From an uncultured delta proteobacterium (GTDB lineage: Bacteria > Desulfobacterota > Binatia > Binatales > Binataceae), in assembly GCA_963842085.1 (NCBI GenBank), contig CAWJET010000002.1, positions 384,001 to 448,000 of the forward strand: 64,000 nucleotides of DNA. Reading direction: 5' to 3'. Both the position numbers and the translations under genes were made by a program. Under the pieces are notes generated by a model. The model was not told the DNA's origin, did not search any database, and was given only the letters and a program-made list of their open reading frames with translations. The first letter of the stretch is position 1. Each line of letters starts with the position of its first letter. Positions 36,938-47,743 of this stretch are shown here, piece after piece.

Positions 36938-38356
36938 CTACTTGCCGGCCGGAGTATCGGCGGGAGCGTCAGCCGACACGGGGGTTGGTTGCGCCATCAT
37001 GAGGCGCTGTGCGTACGGCATGATCGTCGTGAAGAGATCGACCTGCGAGTCGAGCGATTTGCCGAGTCCGCTCAGCAGGCCCATCATGCGGCCGACCAAC
37101 AGCACGTCGGCGGGAACTTCGACCACGGGGTTGGCGCGAATCGCGCGCGGAAGCTCTTCCGAGAACTGCTCGACCAGGTCCTTGTCGGCGTAAGCCTTCT
37201 TCGACTTGAGCGTGCTGCCGAGGAACAAGTCGGAGAGCGCCAGCAGTGTGTCGGGATTGCCGTTGCGGGTGCGAAAGCCCAGCTCTTTGAACGCGGCGAT
37301 GATGCCGTCGCGATTAGAACTAAGGATCGAAAACGTCAGCCGCACGATGCCGTCGCGGAACGTGGGCGGGAAATCCTTGGCCAGGCCGAAATCGAGCAGC
37401 ACGATTTTGGGGCCGGGCTGAACGAGGATGTTGCCGGGATGGGGATCGGCGTGGAAAAACCCGTCGCGCAGGACCTGGTCGCAGAAAATCTCGATCAGCT
37501 TCTGCGCGACGGCGTGTTTGTTGATGCCTGCCCGCTCGAGCGCGTCGATGTCGGTGACCTTGATCCCCTCGAGCAGTTCCATCGTAAGCACGCGCCGCGT
37601 GGTGAACTCGCGATAGACCTCAGGAACGATCACGGCGGGATCCGTGGCGAAGTTGCGACGCATCGTGGCGGAGTTGTCGGCCTCGTGAATGAAATCCAAC
37701 TCCATCGGGATGTACTTGAGCGCCTCACGCATCAGGATCCGATAGTCGAGGTCGCGCTCGAGCTTCGCGAGCCAGTAGAGCACCAGGGTCAAGTTGCGCA
37801 GATCGGCGCGCACGATGCCGTCGATTCCGGGGTACTGCACCTTCACCGCGCATCGACGGCCGTCGTGCAGGCGCGCCCGATGCACCTGCGCGAGCGATGC
37901 CGACGCCAGCGGCGCGGCGTCGAACTCGGCGTAAACGGCCTCGAGCGGGCGGCGGAGTTCGCGCTCGATCTGTTCGCGGATCATCGCAAAGGGCCGCGGC
38001 GGGACGCGATCGTGCAAGCCGGACAGCGTCGATACCCACTCATCGGGAAGCACGTCGGCGCGAGTCGCGATAAACTGGCATGCCTTGATCAGCAAACCTT
38101 CGAGCCGGATCGCAGTGCGGTTGAGGGCTTGCGCGGCGCGAAGATCCTGGCGGCGATAGAGCTCGGCTTTGTCGAGATCGCTAATGTAGCGCGTCCAGAG
38201 TTGGGTGCTTTTGTAGCCCGCGTACACGTACACCGCGAGCCAAACCACGTTCGAAAAACGCCACGCGCGGGTGGCGAGTCCAGGCTCGGGTACGTCGGCG
38301 GGAAAATCGAAGCTGCGGTCGAGGCTCAGGTTGCTCATGCGAAGAGTTCGTATCAT
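36938..38356 (-). CDS. ABC1/UbiB/AarF family kinase-like protein
   Basis: LASASLAQVH, AVKVQYPG, ELDF, FFHADPHPGN, LDFG. Confidence 0.9.
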   Translation of the reverse strand: MIRTLRMSNLSLDRSFDFPADVPEPGLATRAWRFSNVVWLAVYVYAGYKSTQLWTRYISDLDKAELYRRQDLRAAQALNRTAIRLEGLLIKACQFIATRADVLPDEWVSTLSGLHDRVPPRPFAMIREQIERELRRPLEAVYAEFDAAPLASASLAQVHRARLHDGRRCAVKVQYPGIDGIVRADLRNLTLVLYWLAKLERDLDYRILMREALKYIPMELDFIHEADNSATMRRNFATDPAVIVPEVYREFTTRRVLTMELLEGIKVTDIDALERAGINKHAVAQKLIEIFCDQVLRDGFFHADPHPGNILVQPGPKIVLLDFGLAKDFPPTFRDGIVRLTFSILSSNRDGIIAAFKELGFRTRNGNPDTLLALSDLFLGSTLKSKKAYADKDLVEQFSEELPRAIRANPVVEVPADVLLVGRMMGLLSGLGKSLDSQVDLFTTIMPYAQRLMMAQPTPVSADAPADTPAGK

Positions 38357-38421
38357 TAAATGCTACGTTATACGTGCGACTCTGAGAACCAGACGGCCTG
38401 TTTTAGCCTCAGTGAAGGCGC

Positions 38422-38451
38422 TTGACTAATCGCCGGTCGGTCGACTAATCT
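38422..38451 (+). promoter_or_regulatory. sigma70-type promoter
   Basis: TTGACT-18 bp-TAATCT. Confidence 0.5.
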
Positions 38452-38457
38452 AACGCC

Positions 38458-38582
38458 ATGAAGCCGAGTTGTAATGTACGTCGAGTCCCCAATTCAATGA
38501 AGGTCCTCCTGAATTGAGACGGACATTGATACTTGGCTCTAAAAAGCCCCGGGCGCTTGCGAGCCCCGGGGCTTTTGCTTTT
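38458..38582 (+). ncRNA. Candidate structured small RNA or attenuator leader
   Basis: Long imperfect hairpin at 38462-38538 with loop ATGAAGGTCCTCC, followed by a terminator. Confidence 0.45.
38542..38582 (+). terminator. Rho-independent terminator upstream of the MFS gene
   Basis: AAAAGCCCCGGG...CCCGGGGCTTTT-GCTTTT. Confidence 0.75.
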
Positions 38583-38611
38583 CGCGCAGCAGACTGGGTG
38601 GGGAAATTTCG

Positions 38612-39865
38612 GTGGATATCGCACGGCCGCATGCTCCGACGATTCGCGACATCACTCGCCGGTACTACACGGTGTGGGGACTGTACTCGTTCGCCGGCGG
38701 ATTTCTGTTCGGCGTCTATCCTATCTTCCTGCGCTCGCGCGGGCTCGACCAGTTTCAGATAAACAGCGTACTGGCGACGTACTTCGTCGTGCTGTTTCTG
38801 ACCGACGTGCCCACCGGTGCGTTCGCCGACCTGCTCGGCCGGCGCCGCTCCTACGTGCTGGGCGCGGCGCTGCGGGTCTGCGCGTTCATCCTGTATTTCG
38901 TGGCGCATCATTATTACGTGTTCCTGATCGCCGAGAGCATCGACGGTATCGGCACGACCTTCGGCAATGGCGCGATTGACGCGTGGGGCGTCGACGCGCT
39001 CGACGACGCCGGCTACGACGGGCTCAAGGACCGGCTGTTCTCGCGCATCTCGCAACTGACGACGATTGGCTTTATGGGCTCGGCGATGATCGGCGCGTAC
39101 GTGGCCGACGTCAACATCGCATGGCCGTGGCTGCTCGGCGCAGGCGGCTACGTCGTCGCCGGCACGGTCGGCGCGTCGCTGATGCACGACGAGCGCGCGC
39201 GCACCACGACAGTAGGAATCGCGACGATTCCGCGCAAAGTCGCAGCGCACGTCGGCAATGGCATCCGCGCCGGACTGGCCGCGTATACCGTCCTCATGCT
39301 GAGTGTCGCGAACGCGATCACCGTTGCCGCATGGGCGCCGTACTGGATCTCATGGCCGATAATGTTCAACGAGAGCCTGGCGGTCGGCGTGTGGATTATC
39401 GGATGGATCTATTGCGGGCTGTCTGCCGCGCGACTGGTCGGTGCGGAGATAAGCGCCCGTCTTCAGGGCGACGAAACGCAGCGCGCCGCGCGCGTGAGCA
39501 TGCTGGTTATCGGCGCGAGCGCGATGCTGTTCCTGGCGGGGTTGTTCGGGGGGCGGCCGGTGGTCTCGCTCGCGATGCTGTTCGTGATGAACCTGTTCAC
39601 GGGCGCGATGATGCCGCTGGTGCAGAGCTGGTTCAACGAGCAGATCGAATCCGGCAATCGCGCGACGCTGCTGTCGTTCAACTCGACGTTCCAGACGATG
39701 GGCGGTGCGGTCGGCCTGCTGTTTGCCGGACGAATCGTGGACACCGCGGGCATCCCGTTCGAATGGCAAATCGCGGGGCTGATCTCGGTGTGCGCGGCGC
39801 CGGTCTATTGGGCGACGCGTCGGCGCGAGAGCGCGGAAGTCGCGCTGGCAGGTTCCGCGAAGTAA
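38612..39865 (+). CDS. MFS transporter
   Basis: Multiple TM segments; DVPTGAFADLLGRRRS (MFS motif A). Confidence 0.9.
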   Translation: MDIARPHAPTIRDITRRYYTVWGLYSFAGGFLFGVYPIFLRSRGLDQFQINSVLATYFVVLFLTDVPTGAFADLLGRRRSYVLGAALRVCAFILYFVAHHYYVFLIAESIDGIGTTFGNGAIDAWGVDALDDAGYDGLKDRLFSRISQLTTIGFMGSAMIGAYVADVNIAWPWLLGAGGYVVAGTVGASLMHDERARTTTVGIATIPRKVAAHVGNGIRAGLAAYTVLMLSVANAITVAAWAPYWISWPIMFNESLAVGVWIIGWIYCGLSAARLVGAEISARLQGDETQRAARVSMLVIGASAMLFLAGLFGGRPVVSLAMLFVMNLFTGAMMPLVQSWFNEQIESGNRATLLSFNSTFQTMGGAVGLLFAGRIVDTAGIPFEWQIAGLISVCAAPVYWATRRRESAEVALAGSAK

Positions 39866-39898
39866 CCGGTCGAGCCGTGAAGCGGAGGCAACTCGACT

Positions 39899-41215
39899 AT
39901 GGGTAGAAGAAGGTTTTATCTGGCAACCGTCGCGGTTGTCTTCATCGCTTCGGTGACTGCTGGAGCCGACACGCCGCCGAAAGCTGGCGACACCGTCACT
40001 GCACTGCATTGCGGGCACCTTATCGATACTCAGGCCGGCAAGCTCCTTGGTGAGACGACTGTCGTGGTCGAGGACAAGCGCATCCGCGATGTGGTTTCGG
40101 GGCACCAGGTGCCGGCCGGCGCTGCGGAAATCGACCTGGCCGCACAAACCTGCATGCCGGGACTAATCGACAGCCATACGCATCTAACGTTCGAAACGAG
40201 CCCGACCTTCTATACCGACGAGTTCCGTTGGAACACCGCCGACTTTGCGATCCGCTCGACGGTGTACGCGCAACGCACCCTGCTGGCCGGCTTCACGACG
40301 GTGCGCAATGTCGGTGATGGAAACAACGAGTCGATCGCGCTGCGCAACGCGATCAATGCTGGCGTCGTGCCGGGACCGCGAATCTTTACCGCGGGCATGA
40401 TGATCGGCTCGACCGGTGGCCACGCCGATCCAACTGACGGTTATCGCGCAGACCTCGCCGGAGACCCTGGTTCCAAAGACGGCATCATCAACAGCCCAGC
40501 GGATGCCTGGAAGGCGGTACGCCAGCACTATAAGGACGGCGTAGACCTCATCAAGATTATGCCCTCCGGCGGAGTACTGGACGAAAGTAGCAGTGTCGAC
40601 AACCCACAGCTCACCCTCGAGGAGATCACGGCTGTGGTTGCCGCCGCGCACGACTACGGTTTCACGGTGGCCGCGCACGCACATGGCGCCGAAGCCATCC
40701 GCCGAGCGGTTCTCGGCGGCGTCGATTCGATCGAACACGGCACCTTTATGAACGACGCGGACATAGCACTGATGAAGAAGCACGGCACCTGGTACGTTCC
40801 GACTATAATCGCCGGCGAATTCGTCACGGAAAAGGCCAAAGTGCCTGGCTATTATCCGCCAGAAGTCGCCGCAAAGGCTGCGACGGTGGGTCCTATCATT
40901 CAAGCTACGGCAGGCAAGGCCTACAAGGCCGGCGTGAAGATCGCCTTCGGCACCGACGCTTCTGTGTATCCACACGGCGAGAACGCGAAAGAGTTCGGCT
41001 ACATGGTCAAAGTCGGTATGCCGCCGATGTACGCTATCCAGGCCGCGACTATGCACGCAGCTGAGTTGCTCAAGCACGACAAGGATCTCGGCAGCGTCAC
41101 GGCGGGCAAGTTCGCCAATGTCGTCGCGGTGCCGGGGAACCCGCTCGACGACATCACTCTGATGACCAAGGTGAGTTTTGTGATGAAGGAAGGTGTCGTC
41201 TACAAACGGCCATAA
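39899..41215 (+). CDS. Exported amidohydrolase (Xaa-Pro dipeptidase-like)
   Basis: Signal peptide; PGLIDSHTH, GGHAD, AAHAHG, SIEHG, FGTDA. Confidence 0.9.
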   Translation: MGRRRFYLATVAVVFIASVTAGADTPPKAGDTVTALHCGHLIDTQAGKLLGETTVVVEDKRIRDVVSGHQVPAGAAEIDLAAQTCMPGLIDSHTHLTFETSPTFYTDEFRWNTADFAIRSTVYAQRTLLAGFTTVRNVGDGNNESIALRNAINAGVVPGPRIFTAGMMIGSTGGHADPTDGYRADLAGDPGSKDGIINSPADAWKAVRQHYKDGVDLIKIMPSGGVLDESSSVDNPQLTLEEITAVVAAAHDYGFTVAAHAHGAEAIRRAVLGGVDSIEHGTFMNDADIALMKKHGTWYVPTIIAGEFVTEKAKVPGYYPPEVAAKAATVGPIIQATAGKAYKAGVKIAFGTDASVYPHGENAKEFGYMVKVGMPPMYAIQAATMHAAELLKHDKDLGSVTAGKFANVVAVPGNPLDDITLMTKVSFVMKEGVVYKRP

Positions 41216-41312
41216 CTGCACTCCGGCGCGAAGGCCGCGGACGTCGCGCTGGCAGGCACCGCGAAGTGAGGTGCTCATCGCGACCGGCGCGAGCGACGCG
41301 CGGGACTCGTCT

Positions 41313-41544
41313 GTCATCCTGACGATGCGAGCAACGCGAGCTGAGGAAGGACCTCGGACAGCGGCGCATACGCGCCGCCGGTCCCGGTTCAGCAATCGCG
41401 AAGCGCTCCTTTGGCTTTTTCCGTCGCGAAAGCGTTCAGCATTCTTATTGGATGCAGCGAGTCAAAACCGGTACCGGCTTCGCTGGCGCGAAGCTGTCCG
41501 AGATCCTTCCCTGCGCTCCCGTTGCTAGCTTCGGTCAGGATGAC
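41313..41544. repeat. Inverted pair of GTCATCCTGAC REP-like elements (BIME/MITE-like)
   Basis: 41313-41389 and 41466-41544 face each other; both are homologous to 6972-7049. Confidence 0.8.
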
Positions 41545-41649
41545 AAATAATCCAATGCTGACCGCCTACTAGCGGCGTGGGCGGGGGTCCGTTAAAACTT
41601 ATAGCTCGCGCAATTGGCGGACGCGTATCGTCGCCAGCGCAAGAGCAAA

Positions 41650-42858
41650 ATGGATTTCCCACGAATCAAGCGCCTGCCACCCTACGTCTTCAACGCGATC
41701 GGAGATTTGTGCCAAAAGGCGCGGCGCGCCGGCGAGGACATAATCGATTTCGGGATGGGAAATCCCGACGAGGCGACCCCGCCGCATATCGTGGCGAAGC
41801 TCATCGAGGCGGCCGCCAAGAACGCCAACCATCGCTACTCGGTCTCGCGCGGCGTGTACAAGCTGCGGCTGGCGATCTGCGACTGGTACAAGCGGCGCTA
41901 CGGCGTCGAGCTGGATCCCGATTCGGAAGCGATCGTCACGATTGGATCGAAGGAAGGCATCGCGCACCTGGCGCTGGCGATTCTCGACCAGGGTGACGTG
42001 GTGCTCGCACCGACGCCGACCTACCCGATTCATCAGTACGGATGCATCATTGCGGGCGCGCAGGTGCAGGGCGTGCCGATTCGGCGCGGCGAGGAATTTT
42101 TCGACGAATTGATGGCGACGGTGAATCGATGCTGGCCGCGGCCGAAGTTCCTCATCATGAACTTCCCGCATAACCCGACCACCGCGACCGTCGACTTGCA
42201 CTTCATGAATCGGGTGGTCGAGTTCGCGCGCGAGAACGACATCATGGTCGCGCAGGATTTCGCATACGCGGACCTGTGCTTCGACGGCTACAAGGCGCCG
42301 TCGATGATGCAGGTGGCGGGCGCGAAAGATATCGGCGTCGAGTTCTTCACCCTGTCGAAGAGTTACAACATGCCGGGCTGGCGGGTGGGATTCGCAGTCG
42401 GCAATCGCGAGATGATCGCGGCGCTGGCGCGGCTGAAATCGTACTTCGACTACGGGATGTTTGCGCCGGTGCAGGTCGCGGCGATCGCGGCGCTCAACGG
42501 ACCGCAGGAGTGCGTCGGCGAGATCAACGCGACTTACAGGCGGCGGCGCGACGTGCTGGTCGACGGACTCAACCGCGCCGGATGGCCGGTCGAGAAGCCA
42601 AAGGCGACGATGTTCGTGTGGGCGCCGATTCCGGAGCCGTTCCGCGCGATGGGTTCGCTGGAGTTCGCCAAGTTTCTGCTCGCCGAGGCCAAGGTCGCGG
42701 TTTCGCCGGGAGTCGGCTTCGGCCAGGACGGTGACGGCTTCGTGCGCTTCGCGCTAATCGAGAACGAGCATCGCACGCGCCAGGCGCTTCGCGGAATTCG
42801 TCACGCGCTGCGGGCCGGCCACGCCGAAATTCCCGCGAGCGCGGCCAGCGGCTCCTGA
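41650..42858 (+). CDS. alaC: Class I/II PLP aminotransferase (AlaC/YfdZ-like)
   Basis: [53 protein letters not shown]. Confidence 0.8.
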   Translation: MDFPRIKRLPPYVFNAIGDLCQKARRAGEDIIDFGMGNPDEATPPHIVAKLIEAAAKNANHRYSVSRGVYKLRLAICDWYKRRYGVELDPDSEAIVTIGSKEGIAHLALAILDQGDVVLAPTPTYPIHQYGCIIAGAQVQGVPIRRGEEFFDELMATVNRCWPRPKFLIMNFPHNPTTATVDLHFMNRVVEFARENDIMVAQDFAYADLCFDGYKAPSMMQVAGAKDIGVEFFTLSKSYNMPGWRVGFAVGNREMIAALARLKSYFDYGMFAPVQVAAIAALNGPQECVGEINATYRRRRDVLVDGLNRAGWPVEKPKATMFVWAPIPEPFRAMGSLEFAKFLLAEAKVAVSPGVGFGQDGDGFVRFALIENEHRTRQALRGIRHALRAGHAEIPASAASGS

Positions 42859-42886
42859 GCGCAATCGCAAAAGAGTCGGGGACAAA

Positions 42887-44194
42887 TTGAAACCGGTACG
42901 GATTGCCCTGCTCGGATGCGGTACCGTCGGCGGCGGCGTGGTGAAACTGCTGCTGCGCAACCCCGACAAATACCAACGGATTCTTGGCGCGCCGCTCGAG
43001 CTGGCGGCCGTAGCGGATCGAAGCCTCAGGCCCGACGACGTGCCCGGACTGCCGGCGAAGCTGATCACGCGCGACGCGGCTGCGGTGGTAACGCGTCCCA
43101 ACATCGATATTGTGGTCGAGTTGTTCGGCGGTCACGAACCGGCGCGCGCATTGATCATGAAGGCGCTCGCCGCAGGCAAGGACGTCGTTACCGGCAACAA
43201 GGCTTTGCTCGCGGAACATGGCGGCGAGATTTTTCGGTTGGCCGCCAAGCGCGGCCTGGCGGTCGGCTTCGAGGCCAGCGTCGGCGGCGGCGTGCCGATC
43301 ATCCGCACGCTGCGCGAGGCGCTGGCGGGAGATCGCCAGCGCGCGGTTTACGGAATCGTCAACGGCACCTGCAATTCCATCCTCACCACGATGTCGGAGA
43401 ACGGCGTCGAGTTCAGCGCCGCGCTGGCCGACGCGCAGGCCAAGGGCCTGGCTGAGGCGAATCCGGCCGTCGATGTCGAGGGGCATGACTCGGCGCACAA
43501 GCTTTGCCTGCTGGTGACGCTGGCGTTTGGCGTGCTGGTGAAACCGGCGCAGATTTATACCGAAGGGATAACCCGAATCACGCAGGCGGATATCGCGTAC
43601 GCGCGCGAACTCGGCTACGCCATCAAGCTGCTGGCGATCGGCAAAGACGACGACGGCGCAATCGAGGCGCGGGTGCATCCGACGATGATCCCGCAGCGCC
43701 ATATGCTGGCGGGAGTCGGCGGCGCGTTCAACGCGATCTATATCCACGGCGACGCGCTTGGCGCGACAATGTATTCGGGGCTCGGCGCAGGCGAGATGCC
43801 GTCGGCGACGGCGGTGATGGCCGATATACTGGAAATCGCGCGGCATCGCATGGCCGAAGGCTCGGCGCGAACGCACGCGTTCGGTTTTCCGATTCACCTG
43901 ATGAAGAGCGCCAGTGTCAAGCCGATGGACGCCGTGGTATGCGAGTATTATCTGCGGTTCATGGCGCGGGACAGGCCTGGGGTGCTCGGCGCAATCGCGT
44001 CGGTGCTGGGCAAACATGGGCTGTCGATCGCGTCGGTGATCCAGAAGGATCGCGGGACGGCGCGGACGGTGCCGGTTATTATGCGGACGCATGACGCGCC
44101 CGAACGCAGCCTGCAACGCGCGCTGGCGGAGATTCGAAGGAAGAAAATCGTGCAGTCGGCCCCCGCATTTATCCGGATCGAGGAGAGGCTTTAG
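42887..44194 (+). CDS. hom: Homoserine dehydrogenase with ACT domain
   Basis: [31 protein letters not shown]. Confidence 0.93.
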   Translation: MKPVRIALLGCGTVGGGVVKLLLRNPDKYQRILGAPLELAAVADRSLRPDDVPGLPAKLITRDAAAVVTRPNIDIVVELFGGHEPARALIMKALAAGKDVVTGNKALLAEHGGEIFRLAAKRGLAVGFEASVGGGVPIIRTLREALAGDRQRAVYGIVNGTCNSILTTMSENGVEFSAALADAQAKGLAEANPAVDVEGHDSAHKLCLLVTLAFGVLVKPAQIYTEGITRITQADIAYARELGYAIKLLAIGKDDDGAIEARVHPTMIPQRHMLAGVGGAFNAIYIHGDALGATMYSGLGAGEMPSATAVMADILEIARHRMAEGSARTHAFGFPIHLMKSASVKPMDAVVCEYYLRFMARDRPGVLGAIASVLGKHGLSIASVIQKDRGTARTVPVIMRTHDAPERSLQRALAEIRRKKIVQSAPAFIRIEERL

Positions 44195-44196
44195 CG

Positions 44197-45300
44197 ATGG
44201 CGTCGGACTCGAAGAGCGGATCCAAACAGCAACGGTTGTCTTACTGGCCGGGACTCATCGAGCACTACCGGCGCTTCCTGCCGGTGACGGATTCGACGCC
44301 GGTTGTGACGCTTAACGAGGGCAACACGCCGCTTATCGAGGTACCCGCAATCGCGGACCGGCTCGGGCTAAATATCAAGGTTTACTTTAAGTTCGAAGGC
44401 GCCAACCCGACCGGTTCATTCAAGGATCGCGGCATGACCGTGGCGATCTCGAAGGCGCTGGGCGAGGGCGCTCGCGCCGTAATATGCGCCTCGACCGGCA
44501 ACACGGCGGCGTCCGCGGCGGCGTACGCGGGACGCGCCGGGCTGAAGGCGTTCGTGCTGATTCCCAAGGGCGCGGTCGCGCTTGGCAAGCTGTCGCAAAG
44601 CGTGATGCATGGCGCGCGCGTGCTCGAGGTGATCGGCAACTTCGACATCTGCCTGAAGGTGGTGCGCGATGTCGCGGAGCGCGACCCGTTGGCGATTCGG
44701 CTGGTCAACAGCGTGAATCCCGATCGAATCGCTGGACAGAAGACCGCGGCGTTCGAGATTTGCGATCAACTTGGCGACGCGCCGACGCATCATTTTCTGC
44801 CGGTCGGCAACGCCGGAAACATCACTGCCTACTGGGCGGGCTACCAGGAATATAAATCGGCGGGGTTGAGTGAGCGGATTCCGAAGATGATGGGCTACCA
44901 GGCGGCAGAGTCGGCGCCGATTGTTGTCGGACATCCGATTGACGATCCGCATACGGTGGCGACCGCGATCAAAATCGGCAATCCCGCGAGCTGGAAGGGC
45001 GCGACCAGCGCGCGCGACGAGTCGGGCGGGATTATCGACATCGTCACGGACTCGGAGATCCTCGCGGCATATCGGCTGATCGCGGCGGGCGGCGTATTCG
45101 CGGAGCCGGCGTCGGCGGCGTCCGTCGCGGGGCTGCTGAAATACGCAGGCGCAGGAATGCTGAAGCCGGGTTCGGTCGTCGTGTGTACGCTCACGGGTCA
45201 CGGCCTGAAGGATCCCGACACCGCGCTGAAAAACCTGAGTAACACTATCGTGGTCGAACCGGACATCGCGAAAGTGCTGAAAATCCTGGAGCGCGAGTAA
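44197..45300 (+). CDS. thrC: Threonine synthase
   Basis: [39 protein letters not shown]. Confidence 0.93.
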   Translation: MASDSKSGSKQQRLSYWPGLIEHYRRFLPVTDSTPVVTLNEGNTPLIEVPAIADRLGLNIKVYFKFEGANPTGSFKDRGMTVAISKALGEGARAVICASTGNTAASAAAYAGRAGLKAFVLIPKGAVALGKLSQSVMHGARVLEVIGNFDICLKVVRDVAERDPLAIRLVNSVNPDRIAGQKTAAFEICDQLGDAPTHHFLPVGNAGNITAYWAGYQEYKSAGLSERIPKMMGYQAAESAPIVVGHPIDDPHTVATAIKIGNPASWKGATSARDESGGIIDIVTDSEILAAYRLIAAGGVFAEPASAASVAGLLKYAGAGMLKPGSVVVCTLTGHGLKDPDTALKNLSNTIVVEPDIAKVLKILERE

Positions 45301-45320
45301 GCAACGAAGAACGAGGCGCG

Positions 45321-46550
45321 ATGAAGTACGTCATCATACACGGCGACGGGATGGCGGATTGGGCGTGCGAGGAACTCGGCGGTAAGACGCCGCTGGCGGC
45401 GGCGCACAAGCCCAACATGGACTTGCTCGCGACGCGCGGGACGCTCGGGATGGTCGCGACGATTCCCAAGGGCATGCCGTCGGGCAGCGACGTCGGCACG
45501 ATGACGATGCTCGGCTACGACCCGGCGCGGTATCACACCGGGCGCGCGCCGATCGAAGCAGCCAGCCAGGGAATCGAGATGGGACCGCGCGACGTGGTGT
45601 TTCGCATGAATCTCGTGTCGCTGAAGCCGGGCGACGGCGGCGCGATGATCATGAACGACTTCACGTCGGGCCATATTACGAGCGAGGAAGCCGCGCAGAT
45701 CGTCGCGGACCTGCGCAAGGAACTGGCGGGCGACGGTATCGAGTTTTTCAACGGCGTCAGCTATCGGCATCTTATGATGTGGCGCGGCGGCGTGGCGACG
45801 ACGCATCTCACGCCGCCGCACGACATCACCGGCAAGCCCGTCGAGGAGCATCTGCCCAAGGGCGCAGGCGCGGATTTGCTGCGCGACATGACGCGGCGGT
45901 CGGTGGCGATTTTACGAGAGCATCCGGTGAACAAGGCGCGCCGCGCCGCCGGCAAGACCGAGGCAACTTCGGTGTGGTTCTGGGGACAGGGCACGCGGCC
46001 CGCGGTGCCGACGCTGAAGGAGCGGTTCGGCGTCGAAGGCTCGGTGATCTCGGCCGTCGATCTGGTCAATGGGCTGGGACGGTTGGCCGGACTGGACCTG
46101 ATTAAGGTCCCTGGGGCGACCGGATTTCTCGATACCGACTACGCCGCGAAGGCCCGCTACGGCCTCGAATCGCTCAAGTCGCGCGACTTCCTGCTGCTGC
46201 ATATCGAGGCGCCCGACGAGGCCGGCCACATGGGCCGCGCCGATCTGAAGAAGGAAGCGATCGAGCACATCGACGAGTTGATTATCGGGCCGATGCTCGC
46301 GGGGCTTGAAGGGCTTGGCGACTTCGCGATCCTGCTGATGCCCGATCACGCGACGCCGAGCCAGCTCAAGACTCATTCACCGGAGCCCGTGCCGTTCGCG
46401 CTGATGACGTCGGCGCAGTTCAACTCGGGCGGCGGGGTGTCGCGCCGCTACACCGAAAGCGATGGCGCCGCGACGGGCCTGCTCGTCGGTGACGGCTATC
46501 ACCTGATAGAATCACTGTTCGGGAGCACCTTGAAGAACACATTGAGCTGA
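45321..46550 (+). CDS. apgM: Cofactor-independent phosphoglycerate mutase family protein (ApgM-type)
   Basis: HGDGMAD, GSD, GRAPIEAAS, TPPHDI, EAPDEAGH, PDHATP. Confidence 0.88.
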   Translation: MKYVIIHGDGMADWACEELGGKTPLAAAHKPNMDLLATRGTLGMVATIPKGMPSGSDVGTMTMLGYDPARYHTGRAPIEAASQGIEMGPRDVVFRMNLVSLKPGDGGAMIMNDFTSGHITSEEAAQIVADLRKELAGDGIEFFNGVSYRHLMMWRGGVATTHLTPPHDITGKPVEEHLPKGAGADLLRDMTRRSVAILREHPVNKARRAAGKTEATSVWFWGQGTRPAVPTLKERFGVEGSVISAVDLVNGLGRLAGLDLIKVPGATGFLDTDYAAKARYGLESLKSRDFLLLHIEAPDEAGHMGRADLKKEAIEHIDELIIGPMLAGLEGLGDFAILLMPDHATPSQLKTHSPEPVPFALMTSAQFNSGGGVSRRYTESDGAATGLLVGDGYHLIESLFGSTLKNTLS

Positions 46551-46565
46551 CCGCGGAGGCCTTGG

Positions 46566-47519
46566 ATGGAACGGAATCTTGCCCTCGAAGTGGTACGCGC
46601 GACGGAAGCCGCGGCGCTGGCGGCGGCGCGTTTCATCGGCAAAGGCGACGAGCGAATGGCGGATCGGGCGGCGTGCGACGCGATGCGCAAGACGCTGAAC
46701 TCGGTCGCGATGGACGGCAAGATAGTCATCGGCGAGGGCCAGGAGGGCGACGCCGAGTTTCTGTACCAGGGCGAAATCGTCGGCACCGGCGCGGGAACGG
46801 AAATCGACGTCGCGCTCGACGCGATTGAAGGTCCGATCATCTGCGCAACCGGCGGGCCAAACGCGCTGTCGTGCGTGGCGCTGGCCGAGCGCGGGCGAAT
46901 CCTGCGATGCCCCGACACCTACATGGACAAGGTCGCGTGCGGGCCGGCGGGGCGCGGCGTGATCGATATCGACCGGTCGCCGACCGACAATCTCAAGGCA
47001 CTTGCCGAAGCCAAGAAAGTTTACGTCGAGGACTTGCGGATCGCGATCCTCGATCGCCCGCGCCATGAAAAGTTGATCAACGAAGTGCGCCGCGCCGGCG
47101 CCGGCATCAAGATGATCTCGGCCGGTGACCTGTCCGCCGCTATCGCAACCACGCGGCCGGAGAGCGAAATCGACATGCTGATCGGCATCGGCGGAGCGCA
47201 TCAGGGCGTGCTGGCCGGCGCCGCGATTCGTTCCGCCGGCGGCGAGATGCAATGCCGGTTCGTGCCGCGCAATTCCGAGGAAGCCGAGGCGTGCCTGGCG
47301 ATGGGGATCATGGACCTCAAGCATCGCTACACGCTGGAGGAGCTGGCGGGAGAGAACGTGATGTTCGCGGCGACGGGCGTGACCACCGGCGACTATTTGC
47401 GCGGCGTACGGTTTTTCTCCGGCGGCGCGAATACCAACAGCGTCGTGATGCGCTCGAAGACGCGCACCATTCGCTTCATCGAGGCGATTCATCATTTCGA
47501 TTTCAAGCCCGAGTACTAA
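46566..47519 (+). CDS. glpX: Class II fructose-1,6-bisphosphatase
   Basis: RATEAAAL, VIGEG, DAIEG, YMDK, LDRPRH, FAATGVT. Confidence 0.88.
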   Translation: MERNLALEVVRATEAAALAAARFIGKGDERMADRAACDAMRKTLNSVAMDGKIVIGEGQEGDAEFLYQGEIVGTGAGTEIDVALDAIEGPIICATGGPNALSCVALAERGRILRCPDTYMDKVACGPAGRGVIDIDRSPTDNLKALAEAKKVYVEDLRIAILDRPRHEKLINEVRRAGAGIKMISAGDLSAAIATTRPESEIDMLIGIGGAHQGVLAGAAIRSAGGEMQCRFVPRNSEEAEACLAMGIMDLKHRYTLEELAGENVMFAATGVTTGDYLRGVRFFSGGANTNSVVMRSKTRTIRFIEAIHHFDFKPEY

Positions 47520-47545
47520 ACCGGCTTGCAGGAAGGTGGCGGGAA

Positions 47546-47740
47546 ATGTGGCTGCGCGTGACTATGAAAGACAGGCCGTTGATGATTAACGGCGATCAGG
47601 TGTTGAAGATCGTGGAGAGCCCCGGCGGCGCGGAAGGGCGCCGAGGATGCCACGTGTATCTCTCGCTCACCGAGTATGTGGAAGTCGATCAATCCCTGCA
47701 CGAGATGATGATTTCGCTCGGCTTCGAAGAGCGGCAGTAA
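47546..47740 (+). CDS. Small hypothetical protein (64 aa)
   Basis: MWLRVTMKDRPLMINGDQVLKIVE...YVEVDQSLHEM; fills the gap after glpX. Confidence 0.55.
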   Translation: MWLRVTMKDRPLMINGDQVLKIVESPGGAEGRRGCHVYLSLTEYVEVDQSLHEMMISLGFEERQ

Positions 47741-47743
47741 TCG

